A stretch of DNA of 62,676 nt, counting the filler, from Nemertoderma westbladi (Eukaryota > Animalia > Xenacoelomorpha), in NCBI GenBank assembly GCA_032718475.1. It is 3 parts of 3 records of this genome, joined end to end, with 100 filler letters (N's around TTAATTAATTAA, not from the genome) between each part and the next. Parts side by side here need not be neighbours in the genome. Positions count along the whole stretch, not along the records: positions 1 to 29,798 come from JAUCBJ010004621.1; positions 29,899 to 56,110 come from JAUCBJ010002585.1; 1 more part is not named here. One strand, written 5' to 3'. Positions 23,651 to 36,330 of the stretch are shown piece after piece. A model generated the notes under the pieces. It made no database searches. It saw only the letters and a list, made by a program, of their open reading frames with translations, and was not told the DNA's origin. A program made the translations under genes and the position numbers. Position 1 is the stretch's first letter; the number at the start of each line of letters is the position of its first letter.

Positions 23651-26600
23651 CCGGGACTACGGGCTAGCTTAGTTGATTGAGCACCTGGCCTGCCAGCTTT
23701 TGGTTGTAAGTTGGAGCCCCGCCAGGGTACACCCCCGGGACTGCGGGCTTGCTCAGTTGATTGAGAACCTGGCAAGCAAGCTTTTGGTTGTAAGTTCGAG
23801 CCCCGCCAGGGTACACCCCCGAGACTGCGGAACAGCTTAGTTGATTGAGCACCTGGCCTGCCAGCGTTTGGTTGTAGGTTCGAGTCCCGCCAGGGTACAC
23901 GCCCGGTACTGCGGGCTTGCTCAGTAGATTGAGCACCTGGCCTGCCAGGTTTTGGTTGTAAGTTCGAACCCCGCCAGGGTACACCCCCGGGACTGCGGAA
24001 TAGCTTAGTTGATTGAGCACCTGGCCTGCCAGCGTTTGGTTGTAGGTTCGAGTCCCGCCAGGGTACACGCCCGGTACTGCGGGCTTGCTCAGTAGATTGA
24101 GCACCTGGCCTGCCAGGTTTTGGTTGTAAGTTCGAGCCCCGCCAGGGTACACCCCCGAGACTGCGGAACAGCTTAGTTGATTGAGCACCTGGCCTGCCAT
24201 CTTTTGGTTGTAAGTTCGAGCCCCGCCAGGGTACACCCCCGGGACTGCGGAATAGCTTAGTTGATTGAGCACCTGGCATGCCAGCTTTTGGTTGTAAGTT
24301 GGAGCCCCGCCAGGGTACACCCCCGGGACTGCGGGCTTGCTCAGTTGATTGAGAACCTGGCCTGCCATCTTTTGGTTGTAAGTTCGAGCCCCGCCAGGGT
24401 ACACGCCCGGTACTGCGGGCTTGCTCAGTAGATTGAGCACCTGGCCTGCCATCTTTTGGTTGTAAGTTCGAGCCCCGCCAGGGTACACTCTCGGGACTGC
24501 GGGCTAGCTCAGTTGATTGAGCACCTGGCCTGCCAGCGTTTGGTTGTAGGTTCGAACCCCGTTAGGGTACACGCCCGGTACTGCGGGCTTGCTCAGTAGA
24601 TTGAGCACCTGGCCTGCCATCTTTTGGTTGTAAGTTCGAGCCCCGCCAGGGTACACTCTCGGGACTGCGGGCTAGCTCAGTTGATTGAGCACCTGGCCTG
24701 CCAGCGTTTGGTTGTAGGTTCGAACCCCGCTAGGGTACACGCCCGGTACTGCGGGCTTGCTCAGTAGATTGAGCACCTGGCCTGCCAGCTTTTGGTTGTA
24801 GGTTCGAACCCCGCTAGGGTACACGCCCGGTACTGCGGGCTTGCTCAGTAGATTGAGCACCTGGCCTGCCAGGTTTTGGTTGTAAGTTCGAGCCCCGCCA
24901 GGGTACACCCCCGAGACTGCGGAACAGCTTAGTTGATTGAGCACCTGGCCTGCCATCTTTTGGTTGTAAGTTCGAGCCCCGCCAGGGTACACCCCCGGGA
25001 CTGCGGAATAGCTTAGTTGATTGAGCACCTGGCCTGCCATCTTTTGGTTGTAAGTTCGAGCCCCGCCAGGGTACACTCTCGGGACTGCGGGCTAGCTCAG
25101 TTGATTGAGCACCTGGCCTGCCAGCGTTTGGTTGTAGGTTCGAACCCCGCTAGGGTACACGCCCGGTACTGCGGGCTTGCTCAGTAGATTGAGCACCTGG
25201 CCTGCCAGCTTTTGGTTGTAAGTTGGAGCCCCGCCAGGGTACACCCCCGGGACTGGGGAATAGCTTAGTTGATTGAGCACCTGGCCTGCCAGCTTTTGGT
25301 TGTAAGTTCGAACCCCGCCAGGGTACACTCTCGGGACTGCGGGCTAGCTCAGTTGATTGAGCACCTGGCCTGCCAGCGTTTGGTTGTAGGTTCGAGCGGG
25401 TACACTCCCGGGACTGCGGGCTAGCTCAGTTGATTGAGCACCTGGCCTGCCAGCGTTTGGTTGTAGGTTCGAACCCCGCTAGGGTACACTCCCGGGACTG
25501 CGGGATGGCTCAGTTGATTGAGCACCTGGCCTGCCAGCTTTTGGTTGTAAGTTGGAGCCCCGCCAGGGTACACCCCCGGGACTGGGGAATAGCTTAGTTG
25601 ATTGAGCACCTGGCCTGCCAGCTTTTGGTTGTAAGTTCGAACCCCGCCAGGGTACACCCCCGGGACTGGGGAATAGCTCAGTTGATTGAGCACCTGGCCT
25701 GCCAGCTTTTGGTTGTAAGTTCGAACCCCGCCAGGGTACACCCCCGAGACTGCGGAATAGCTCAGTTGATTGAGCACCTGGCCTGCCAGCGTTTGGTTGT
25801 AAGTTCGAGCCCCGCCAGGGTACACTCTCGAGACTGCGGGCTAGCTCAGTTGATTGAGCACCTGGCCTGCCAGCGTTTGGTTGTAGGTTCGAACCCCGCT
25901 AGGGTACACGCCCGGTACTGCGGGCTTGCTCAGTAGATTGAGCACCTGGCCTGCCAGGTTTTGGTTGTAAGTTCGAGCCCCGCCAGGGTACACCCCCGAG
26001 ACTGCGGAACAGCTTAGTTGATTGAGCACCTGGCCTGCCATCTTTTGGTTGTAAGTTCGAGCCCCGCCAGGGTACACTCTCGGGACTGCGGGCTAGCTCA
26101 GTTGATTGAGCACCTGGCCTGCCAGCGTTTGGTTGTAGGTTCGAACCCCGCTAGGGTACACGCCCGGTACTGCGGGCTTGCTCAGTAGATTGAGCACCTG
26201 GCCTGCCAGCTTTTGGTTGTAAGTTCGAGTCTCGCCAGGGTACACTCCCGGGACTGCGGGATGGCTCAGTTGATTGAGCACCTGGCCTGCCAGCTTTTGG
26301 TTGTAAGTTCGAGCCCCGCCAGGGTACACCCCCGAGACTGCGGAATAGCTTAGTTGATTGAGCACCTGGCCTGCCAGGTTTTGGTTGTAAGTTCGAGCCC
26401 CGCCAGGGTACACCCCCGAGACTGCGGAATAGCTCAGTTGATTGAGCACCTGGCCTGCCAGCTTTTGGTTGTAAGTTGGAGCCCCGCCAGGGTACATCCC
26501 CGGGACTGGGGAATAGCTTAGTTGATTGAGCACCTGGCCTGCCAGCTTTTGGTTGTAAGTTGGAGCCCCGCCAGGGTACACCCCCGAGACTGCGGAACAG

Positions 26601-29600
26601 CTTAGTTGATTGAGCACCTGGCCTGCCAGCTTTTGGTTGTAAGTTCGAGCCCCGCCAGGGTACACCCCCGGGACTGCGGGCTTGCTCAGTTGATTGAGCA
26701 CCTGGCCTGCCAGCATTTGGTTGTAAGTTCGAGCGGGTACACTCCCGGGACTGCGGGCTTGCTCAGTTGATTGAGCACCTGGCATGCCAGCTTTTGGTTG
26801 TAAGTTCGAGCCCCGCCAGGGTACACCCCCGGGACTGCGGGCTTGCTCAGTTGATTGAGAACCTGGCAAGCAAGCTTTTGGTTGTAAGTTCGAGCCCCGC
26901 CAGGGTACACCCCCGAGACTGCGGAACAGCTTAGTTGATTGAGCACCTGGCCTGCCAGCTTTTGGTTGTAAGTTCGAGTCCCGCCAGGGTACACCCCCGG
27001 GTCTGCGGAATAGCTTAGTTGATTGAGTACCTGGCATGCCAGCTTTTGGTTGTAAGTTGGAGCCCCGCCAGGGTACACCCCCGGGACTGCGGGCTTGCTC
27101 AGTTGATTGAGAACCTGGCAAGCAAGCTTTTGGTTGTAAGTTCGAGCCCCGCCAGGGTACACCCCCGGGACTGCGGGCTTGCTCAGTTGATTGAGCACCT
27201 GGCCTGCCAGCTTTTGGTTGTAAGTTGGAGCCCCGCCAGGGTACATCCCCGGGACTGGGGAATAGCTTAGTTGATTGAGCACCTGGCCTGCCAGCTTTTG
27301 GTTGTAAGTTGGAGCCCCGCCAGGGTACACCCCCGAGACTGCGGAACAGCTTAGTTGATTGAGCACCTGGCCTGCCAGCTTTTGGTTGTAAGTTGGAGCC
27401 CCGCCAGGGTACACCCCCGAGACTGCGGAACAGCTTAGTTGATTGAGCACCTGGCCTGCCAGCTTTTGGTTGTAAGTTCGAGCCCCGCCAGGGTACACCC
27501 CGGGGACTGCGGGCTAGTTTAGTTGATTGAGCACCTGGACGGCCAGCTTTTGGTTGTAAGTTGGAGCCCACCAGGGTACACCCCCGGGACTGCGGAATAG
27601 CTTAGTTGATTGAGCACCTGGCCTGCCAGCTTTTGGTTGTAAGTTGGAGCCCCGCCAGGGTACACCCCCGAGACTGCGGAACAGCTTAGTTTATTGAGCA
27701 CCTGGCCTGCCAGCTTTTGGTTGTAAGTTCGAGCCCCGCCAGGGTACACCCCCGGGACTGCGGAATAGCTTAGTTGATTGAGCACCTGGCCTGCCATCTT
27801 TTGGTTGTAAGTTCGAGCCCCGCCAGGGTACACTCCCGGGACTGCGGGCTTGCTCAGTTGATTGAGCACCTGGCCTGCCAGCATTTGGTTGTAAGTTCGA
27901 GCGGGTACACTCCCGGGACTGCGGGCTTGCTCAGTTGATTGAGCACCTGGCATGCCAGCTTTTGGTTGTAAGTTCGAGCCCCGCCAGGGTACACTCCCGG
28001 GACTGCGGGCTTGCTCAGTTGATTGAGCACCTGGCCTGCCAGCATTTGGTTGTAAGTTCGAGCGGGTACACTCCCGGGACTGCGGGCTTGCTCAGATGAT
28101 TGAGCACCTGGCATGCCAGCTTTTGGTTGTAAGTTCGAGCCCCGCCAGGGTACACCCCCGGGACTGCGGGCTTGCTCAGTTGATTGAGAACCTGGCAAGC
28201 AAGCTTTTGGTTGTAAGTTCGAGCCCCGCCAGGGTACACCCCCGAGACTGCGGAACAGCTTAGTTGATTGAGCACCTGGCCTGCCAGCTTTTGGTTGTAA
28301 GTTCGAGTCCCGCCAGGGTACACCCCCGGGTCTGCGGAATAGCTTAGTTGATTGAGTACCTGGCATGCCAGCTTTTGGTTGTAAGTTGGAGCCCCGCCAG
28401 GGTACACCCCCGGGACTGCGGGCTTGCTCAGTTGATTGAGAACCTGGCAAGCAAGCTTTTGGTTGTAAGTTCGAGCCCCGCCAGGGTACACCCCCGGGAC
28501 TGCGGGCTTGCTCAGTTGATTGAGCACCTGGCCTGCCAGCTTTTGGTTGTAAGTTGGAGCCCCGCCAGGGTACATCCCCGGGACTGGGGAATAGCTTAGT
28601 TGATTGAGCACCTGGCCTGCCAGCTTTTGGTTGTAAGTTGGAGCCCCGCCAGGGTACACCCCCGAGACTGCGGAACAGCTTAGTTGATTGAGCACCTGGC
28701 CTGCCAGCTTTTGGTTGTAAGTTGGAGCCCCGCCAGGGTACACCCCCGAGACTGCGGAACAGCTTAGTTGATTGAGCACCTGGCCTGCCAGCTTTTGGTT
28801 GTAAGTTCGAGCCCCGCCAGGGTACACCCCGGGGACTGCGGGCTAGTTTAGTTGATTGAGCACCTGGACGGCCAGCTTTTGGTTGTAAGTTGGAGCCCCG
28901 CCAGGGTACACCCCCGGGACTGCGGAATAGCTTAGTTGATTGAGCACCTGGCCTGCCAGCTTTTGGTTGTAAGTTCGAGCCCCGCCAGGGTACACCCCGG
29001 GGACTGCGGGCTAGTTTAGTTGATTGAGCACCTGGACGGCCAGCTTTTGGTTGTAAGTTGGAGCCCCGCCAGGGTACACCCCGGGGACTGCGGGCTAGTT
29101 TAGTTGATTGAGCACCTGGACGGCCAGCTTTTGGTTGTAAGTTCGAGCCCCGCCAGGGTACACCCCCGGGACTGCGGGCTAGTTTAGTTGATTGAGCACC
29201 TGGACGGCCAGCTTTTGGTTGTAAGTTCGAGCCCCGCCAGGGTACACCCCGGGGACTGCGGGCTAGTTTAGTTGATTGAGCACCTGGACGGCCAGCTTTT
29301 GGTTGTAAGTTCGAGCCCCGCCAGGGTACACCCCCGGGACTGCGGAATAGCTTAGTTGATTGAGCACCTGGCCTGCCAGCTTTTGGTTGTAAGTTCGAGC
29401 CCCGCCAGGGTACACCCCCGGGACTGCGGGCTTGCTCAGTTGATTGAGCACCTGGCCTGCCAGCATTTGGTTGTAAGTTCGAGCGGGTACACTCCCGGGA
29501 CTGCGGGCTTGCTCAGTTGATTGAGCACCTGGCATGCCAGCTTTTGGTTGTAAGTTCGAGCCCCGCCAGGGTACACCCCCGGGACTGCGGGCTTGCTCAG

Positions 29601-29638
29601 TTGATTGAGCACCTGGCCTGCCAGCTTTTGGTTGTAAG
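23651..29638 (+). repeat. Tandem array of about 71 tRNA-derived 84-bp units (some 77-bp variants)
   Basis: Unit cccgggactgcgggcTAGCTCAGTTGATTGAGCacctggcctgccagcttttggttgtaaGTTCGAGCCccgccagggtacacc contains a D-arm/A-box-like and a T-loop/B-box-like motif. The 28-aa repeats in the ORF track reflect the 84-nt period. Confidence 0.93.
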
Positions 29639-29798
29639 ATCAAATTCAATTCCAAAATCCAATTCAAATAATTCAAATTGGAAATTAAAACCGACCCTGT
29701 TCTGACTTATCCTTTACTGAGCCTATTAACAAGTCATTGGTTAAGGGGGGGGGGGGGGGGGGGGGGGGTAGGTAGGTAGCATGAACCTTACATTGTGG

Positions 29799-29898
29799 NN
29801 NNNNNNNNNNNNNNNNNNNNNNNNNNNNNNNNNNNNNNNNNNTTAATTAATTAANNNNNNNNNNNNNNNNNNNNNNNNNNNNNNNNNNNNNNNNNNNN
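29799..29898. other. Assembly gap with artificial TTAATTAATTAA linker
   Basis: N44-TTAATTAATTAA-N44; the linker gives stops in all frames. Confidence 0.97.
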
Positions 29899-29992
29899 TC
29901 CTGCTTCACTCACCTGTCCCGGGAGTGGTGGGAACAACCGAAGCTAGTGCTGTGCTGGTAGTACGTAGTTTTAGTTTATATTCCGGTATTAA

Positions 29993-31948
29993 TTAAAGAC
30001 TATCTAAAATATGGGATTTTAAGTATTTTGAGAAAGTTAATTTTGTTTTATTTTTTTTAATAGAGAGTGGGATACTGTTCCAAATGGATGGGCCTTGAAA
30101 ACTCAAGGATTGCTGGGTAGATGTGAGTCTAACTAGCGGTAGATGAGTAGTTATCTTGGGTAGCTGAGCGGGTAGGATAGTTGTGAATAGAGGAAGTTTT
30201 AGCGAAACGGAGAGTGATAGTAGATGAGGTGATCGATTTAGAATTAATTTCGTACATAAATAAGCCTACTTGGTGCTTGTATAGGGAGTCCAGGGGGAGA
30301 ATGCCTAGAGATTTGTATAAAGGGGCAGAGGAAGCTTGATAGTGGCTAAAGGTGATGCATCTAATGAGTTTGTTTATTTGAATACGGAGAGGCCTTAAAG
30401 TAGAAATATATGTACCACCCCAAAGTAGAATGCCATAGTGTAGATAGGGATGAATTAAAGAGAAATAGAGTAGACGGAGAATACGGAGAGGAAAAATATA
30501 GCGGAGCTTATAAAATATGCCAGATATTTTAGATATTTTTTTTAATACACTCCCTACATGAGACTTCCAATTCAGGTGTTTATCTACCCAGATTCCGAGA
30601 AATTTTGTACTTACAGTACGTTTAATATTACGAGAATTTATTTGGATTGGTGGAACCTGGGTATTAGAGTTTACAGTATTAGAGAAGATAGTATATTCAG
30701 TTTTAGTTAGGTTGAGAGAGAGCCGATTATCTATTAGCCAATCAGAAATTTTCTGTAATTCTAGATTAGTATTACTAATTAGGTTATTAACATTATGATT
30801 AGATTGAAAAAGAGTAGTATCATCTGCAAATAGTGCAGTTAGTAAGTGAGAAGCGTTTGGGAGGTCATTAATATAGAGTAAGAATAGAATTGGAGAAATT
30901 GTGGAGCCTTGAGGGACACCACAGGTTAGCGGTTCTAGAGAGGAGGTGTGGTTGTCAATAGTGACAGATTGGGTTCGGTCAGATAGAAAGCTAGCTATTA
31001 GTTTATGAGGTAGGCCTCTGATACCATAGGATTCAAGCTTCTTTAGTAATATTTTGTGATTTAGGGTATCAAAAGCTCTTTTTCAGGTCTATATATATAG
31101 CGCAGGTAGAGTTTTTAGTATCTAGGGAGTCATGAATTCGTTCAATTACCGATAGGAGAGCATGAGTAGTTGTTATTTTCGGTCTGAAGCCGAATTGTGA
31201 AGATGTAAGAATAGAATATTTGTTTAAGTATGTCATAAGTTGTAGTTTAATTATTTGTTCATATATTTTGGATAGCACAGGTAGCAATGATATAGGTCTG
31301 AAGTTGTTAGGATCGTAGGGGCTCCCTCCCTTATAAGATGGAATAACTTGAGCATATTTGAGAACTTTAGGGAAGAAGCCCTGTTTGATCGATAAATTGA
31401 TTAGGTAGCTCAGATGAGTCGAGATAGGTTTAGCAGCGTGAATTAATAATTTAGTTGGAAAGTTGTCATTAGATGAAGATTTAGGGTTTAGATTATGCAA
31501 TAGATACTCTACTTCTAGTGGGGAGGTTTCTACTAGAGAGAACGAGTTGGATTTAGTGTGATTAATATAGCGGAGGGGAGAACGGGTAGAAGTGGGTATT
31601 TCATTAGCGAGAGTAGGACCTATAGTAGCGAAGTGAGTATTTAAGACATTTGCAATGTGGGTTGGGTCTGTAATTGTTTCAGTTGAATTATTGGTGCATA
31701 ATATTAATTTTTTTGGAGCCTTTGATTTAGTAGATCTATTTAGAGCTGAATTAATGATAAGCCACGTTTTGCGAGTGTTGTTAGAGTTAGATTCAAATTG
31801 AGAGGAGTAGTAGTTACGTTCCGCAGCCCGTAGAGTAGAAGTTAATTTATTGCGATATTTTTTAAAATTATTATGATTGGCCTCTGATGGGTGTTTAATA
31901 TAGATGCGATAAAGGTAATTTTTTTTAATGGTACAGTTTAACAAACTG
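29993..31948 (-). mobile_element. 5'-truncated CR1/L2-group LINE ORF2 (reverse transcriptase), frameshifted
   Basis: NFRPISLLP, QFGFR, IDLKK/AFDT (frameshift near 31075), GVPQGS, FADDT and KFLGIWVD motifs; stop at 29993. Confidence 0.92.
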
Positions 31949-32413
31949 TCAGTGTCAGTTGTTACACATGTAGTCTGGCCAAGTTTAGAAATTTTCCAAG
32001 TTGAATTTCCGCGTGGCCTTCGAGAAGCTAAGATGATAGCAGTTAATTAGTTCATTAAGTTGATTAGGGTAAAAACATCATTTTTCAACCTGCCTCCTTA
32101 GAGGATATTAACTATTTTCTAGTATAAGATTTAAATAATTAAGTACTTAAAAATTATACAGCTGTAATCCCAATACCACATCCCATTATAGTTTTTAATT
32201 AGTTCAAGAGATTTATTGCTTTAAGAAATGTGTTTTTAATGGATCTAAATTAAGTTAAAATGCATTCCATCACTCTATAATATCATAGTCTCATCATTCC
32301 TTGGCATTCTTGCTATTGCTTATTAGATAGTGTAAAGATGATAGAAAAAGTCTGTATTATGTAATACACAAGTATTGAGGGTCTTTAGCTGGTTATATTA
32401 TATTAGATAAAGA

Positions 32414-32460
32414 TACAATAGTAAACGTTTTCGACCTACCGGTCTGCATCAGACTATGTA
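32414..32460 (-). ncRNA. Minimal type-I hammerhead-ribozyme-like motif
   Basis: tacatagt CTGATG-CA GACC ggta GGTC GAAA acgt tt actattgta: stem I tagt/acta, stem II GACC/GGTC, palindromic stem III. The core has a non-canonical extra C. Confidence 0.6.
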
Positions 32461-33393
32461 CTGGCAACTAACAGGAAAAGGTGGGGGTCTATATATATAT
32501 ATATATAAGTTTTAAAGGGGAATACCTGATAGGTGAATCCCAGAAAGGTTAACGTGTATGTATGTACTGTATAACGTAAGGTAATTGTGATAGGGAAAGT
32601 ACACCGAGTTAGTTGTAAGCTGTCAATCTAAAGTACAAATATAGGGTTACAGGTTGGGTTATAAGGTTGGGAGAAGTTGATAGGGAAATCCCAGGAGTGG
32701 TCATGTGTCTACATACTGACTGAATGGTATAATTGGATTAGGTAGGTTACATAGGATTATGAGTTAGAAAATCTACGCACCGCAACCATAAAACAATTCA
32801 CAAACATACCCGAACTACTAGCGACGGAAGCTAACCTAATCTATACATACAACCCCCCACTTAACGTAGCTAGACCAGCAATCTAAACCCAAGGTTTTAT
32901 ATAATACACCCTATATTCTATATCTTACACAACTACAGTGCCCTCTATAGCGAATTTCCGGTCTCTATGTGCTTTTCCCCTACCTTCCTTTTTGTTTTTG
33001 TCTTGGTTTTTCTGTTTCTTGTGTTTTCTTACTCTGTAAAAATTACAGCTATCATTATGTTGCATTCTACCTAACCATGCGCTTTAAGTAGATACCTCAT
33101 AATCCTATGTAACCTACCTAATCCAATTATACCATTCAGTATGTAGACACATGACCACTCCTGGGATTTCCCTATCAACTTCTCCCAACCTTATAACCCA
33201 ACCTGCAACCCTATATTTGTACTTTAGATTGACAAGCTTATAACTAACTCGGTGTACTTTCCCTATCACAATTACCTTACGTTATACAGTACATACATAC
33301 ACGTTAACCTTTCTGGGATTCACCTATCAGGTATTCCCCTTTAAAACTTATATATATATATATAGACCCCCACCTTTTCCTGTTAGTTGCCAG

Positions 33394-33431
33394 TACATAG
33401 TCTGATGCAGACCGGTAGGTCGAAAACGTTT
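33394..33431 (+). ncRNA. Second hammerhead-like motif; homology to the first ends at the predicted cleavage site
   Basis: tacatagtCTGATGcaGACCggtaGGTCGAAAacgttt, then unrelated sequence. Confidence 0.5.
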
Positions 33432-34046
33432 TCATCTTTACACTATGCTGCCGCTGGTGAATGCCTACCACTTCATCCGTTCGCTTATTAGATAGGAAAC
33501 ATTCCAATCATCCTTCCACTGAGCTTGCTCTATCTTGCACAATGATTGGCTGAATTTAATGGTGATTCTTTAGATATTGCTAAATGATTTCGTTGAGGCA
33601 TTGACATGATAAATTAATATTTCAGTATCAATATTATCGGCATAAGGTAAGGGGAACTTTCCTTTCTTCTTTGATTTATTCTTATAGGCAGTTTGGTTAA
33701 ATTCTTATTTATTTATTTAAATTTCTTAAGTACCGATTTTGGGATAGAATTGCTCAATTTTAAACTGTATCTGATAACTGAGCCTCGTCCTGCGCGATGG
33801 CCCCACGAACGTGTTACTTTATTCCTAAAAATTGCAATAATAAACGTTTTTATTATTCAATACGGGTTTGTTTCCTACTAATTGTTGGCTTCCAATGCCC
33901 CCCCCCCCCCCCCCCTTATAGTATATATATAGTATAAATATACAAGTTCGCTGATGGATAACAACTATTTTATTCTAACCTATGCTAATAAAGATACAAT
34001 CGTGATATATCGCGGGAATTATCAATGTCCTTGACCTCATACTTAC

Positions 34047-34144
34047 CCGTCTTATATCCAGATATCGTGTGGAAACCTTCTTCTTCAGTAATTCCATAAC
34101 ATCGGTTTCCAGTAGCTTATCATTGATGTCTTTAATCGACGAAG
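34047..34144 (-). CDS. Exon 2 of EFCAB6-like gene (ASSIKDINDKLLETDVMELLKKKVSTRYLDIRR)
   Basis: tttcAG acceptor, cgg|GTAAGT donor, phase compatible with exon 39675-39879. Resembles the helix before the first EF-hands of EFCAB6 (from recall). Confidence 0.65.
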
Positions 34145-34479
34145 CTGAAATATAGTGGAAGTTTTAGGAAATTTAATATAGGGTTTTATAATTGTCTGGA
34201 AAACAACACGGGTCAATGAGTTTCAAAATAATTACTGCATGGGGGGGGGGGGGGGGGGGGGGGGGCAATTTCGACTGCGACACCGGTCTAATTAGTCACT
34301 CTCACAAATGAAACGTACCTAGGAGTAGATTATATACTCACGCCGAGATAGAATGTTAGTTCATTTTAATTTCTGTTGTTTTACAATTTATATTATCCAC
34401 CCACATGATGCAATAAAGGAGTATCTATAATAATTGGTTGTTTAGTATGAAACAGTAATGATGGCTAATTAACTTTGGA

Positions 34480-36271
34480 GCACTACGCTCCGGTAGGTCT
34501 ATCCGCACTCCGCTCCGGTAGGTCTATCCGCACTCCGCCCCGGTAGGTCTATCCGCACTCCGCTCCGGTAGGTCTATCCGCACTCCGCTCCGGTAGGTCT
34601 ATCCGCACTCCGCTCCGGTAGGTCTATCCGCACTCCGCCCCGGTAGGTCTATCCGCACTCCGCTCCGGTAGGTCTATCCACACTCCGCCCCGGTAGGTCT
34701 ATCCGCACTCCGTCCCGGTAGGTCTATCCGCAATCCACTCCGGTAGGTCTATCCGCACTCCGCCACGGTAGGTCTATCCGCACTCCGCTCCGGTAGGTCT
34801 ATCCGCACTCCGCTCCGGTAGGTCTATCCGCACTCCGCCCCGGTAGGTCTATCCGCACTCCGCTCCGGTAGGTCTATCCACACTCTGCCCCGGTAGGTCT
34901 ATCCGCACTCCGCCCCGGTAGGTCTATCCGCAATCCACTCCGGTAGGTCTATCCGCACTCCGCCACGGTAGGTCTATCCGCACTCCGCTCCGGTAGGTCT
35001 ATCCGCAATCCACTCCGGTAGGTCTATCCGCACTCCGCCACGGTAGGTCTATCCGCACTCCGCTCCGGTAGGTCTATCCGCACTCCACTCCGGTAGGTCT
35101 ATCCGCACTCCGCCCCGGTAGGTCTATCCGCACTCCGCTCCGGTAGGTCTATCCGCACTCCGCTCCGGTAGGTCTATCCGCACTCCGCTCCGGTAGGTCT
35201 ATCCGCACTCCGCCCCGGTAGGTCTATCCGCACTCCGCCCCAGTAGGTCTATCCGCACTCCGCTCCGGTAGGTCTATCCGCACTCCGCTCCGGTAGGTCT
35301 ATCCGCACTCCGCCCCGGTAGGTCTATCCGCACTCCGCCCCGGTAGGTCTATCCGCACTCCGCCCCGGTAGGTCTATCCGCACTCCGCTCTGGTAGGTCT
35401 ATCCGCACTCCGCTCCGGTAGGTCTATCCGCACTCCGCCCCGGTAGGTCTATCCGCACTCCGCTCCGGTAGGTCTATCCGCACTCCGCTCCGGTAGGTCT
35501 ATCCGCACTCCGCTCCGGTAGGTCTATCCGCACTCCGCTCCGGTAGGTCTATCCGCACTCCGCTCCGGTAGGTCTATCCGCACTCCGCTCCGGTAGGTCT
35601 ATCCGCACTCCACTCCGGTAGGTCTATCCGCACTCCGCTCCGGTAGGTCTATCCACACTCCGCTCCGGTAGGTCTATCCGCACTCCGCTCCAGTAGGTCT
35701 ATCCGCACTCTGCCCCGGTAGGTCTATCCGCACTCCGCCCCGGTAGGTCTATCCGCACTCCGCTCCGGTAGGTCTATCCGCACTCCGCTCCGGTAGGTCT
35801 ATCCGCACTCCGCTCCGGTATGTCTATCCGCACTCCGCTCCGGTAGGTCTATCCGCACTCCGCTCCGGTAGGTCTATCCGCACTCCGCTCCAGTAGGTCT
35901 ATCCGCATTCCGCTCCAGTAGGTCTATCCGCACTCTGCCCCGGTAGGTCTATCCGCACTCCGCTCCAGTAGGTCTATCCGCACTCTGCTCCAGTAGGTCT
36001 ATCACTCCCCTCCGGTGGGTCTATCCGCACTCCGCTCCGGTAGGTCTATCCGCACTCCGCTCCGGTAGGTCTATCCGCACTCCGCTCCGGTAGGTCTATC
36101 CGCACTCCGCTCTGGTAGGTCTATCCGCACTCCGCTCCGGTAGGTCTATCCACACTCCGCCCGGTAGGTCTATCCGCACTCCGCTCCGGTAGGTCTATCC
36201 GCACTCCGCCCCGGTAGGTCTATCACTCCCCTCCGGTAGGTCTATCCGCACTCCGCTCCGGTAGGTCTATC
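34480..36271. repeat. 25-bp minisatellite (ccggtaggtctatccgcactccgct), about 71 copies
   Basis: Direct 25-nt periodicity. Confidence 0.97.
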
Positions 36272-36330
36272 ACTATCAGCATTGTTTAATATTTAATAGT
36301 TTAGGCCAAAGAAAGCTAAGCTGCTTGTGG

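Larger units (their letters stand above)
32414..33431. mobile_element. Penelope-like element remnant: inverted arms of about 340 bp (32423-32763 / 33096-33431) around a GIY-YIG-like C-terminal fragment
   Basis: The arms are near-perfect reverse complements. The spacer encodes LENLRTATIKQFTNIPELLATEANLIYTYNPPLN (EA..I....P.LN motif). Hammerhead-like motifs lie at both outer ends. Confidence 0.75.

Noticed and set aside
23614-29705. Repetitive 28-aa ORFs, or a cluster of functional tRNA genes
   Set aside because: The ORFs arise because the unit is 84 nt. The units lack paired acceptor and anticodon stems, so they are not called tRNAs.
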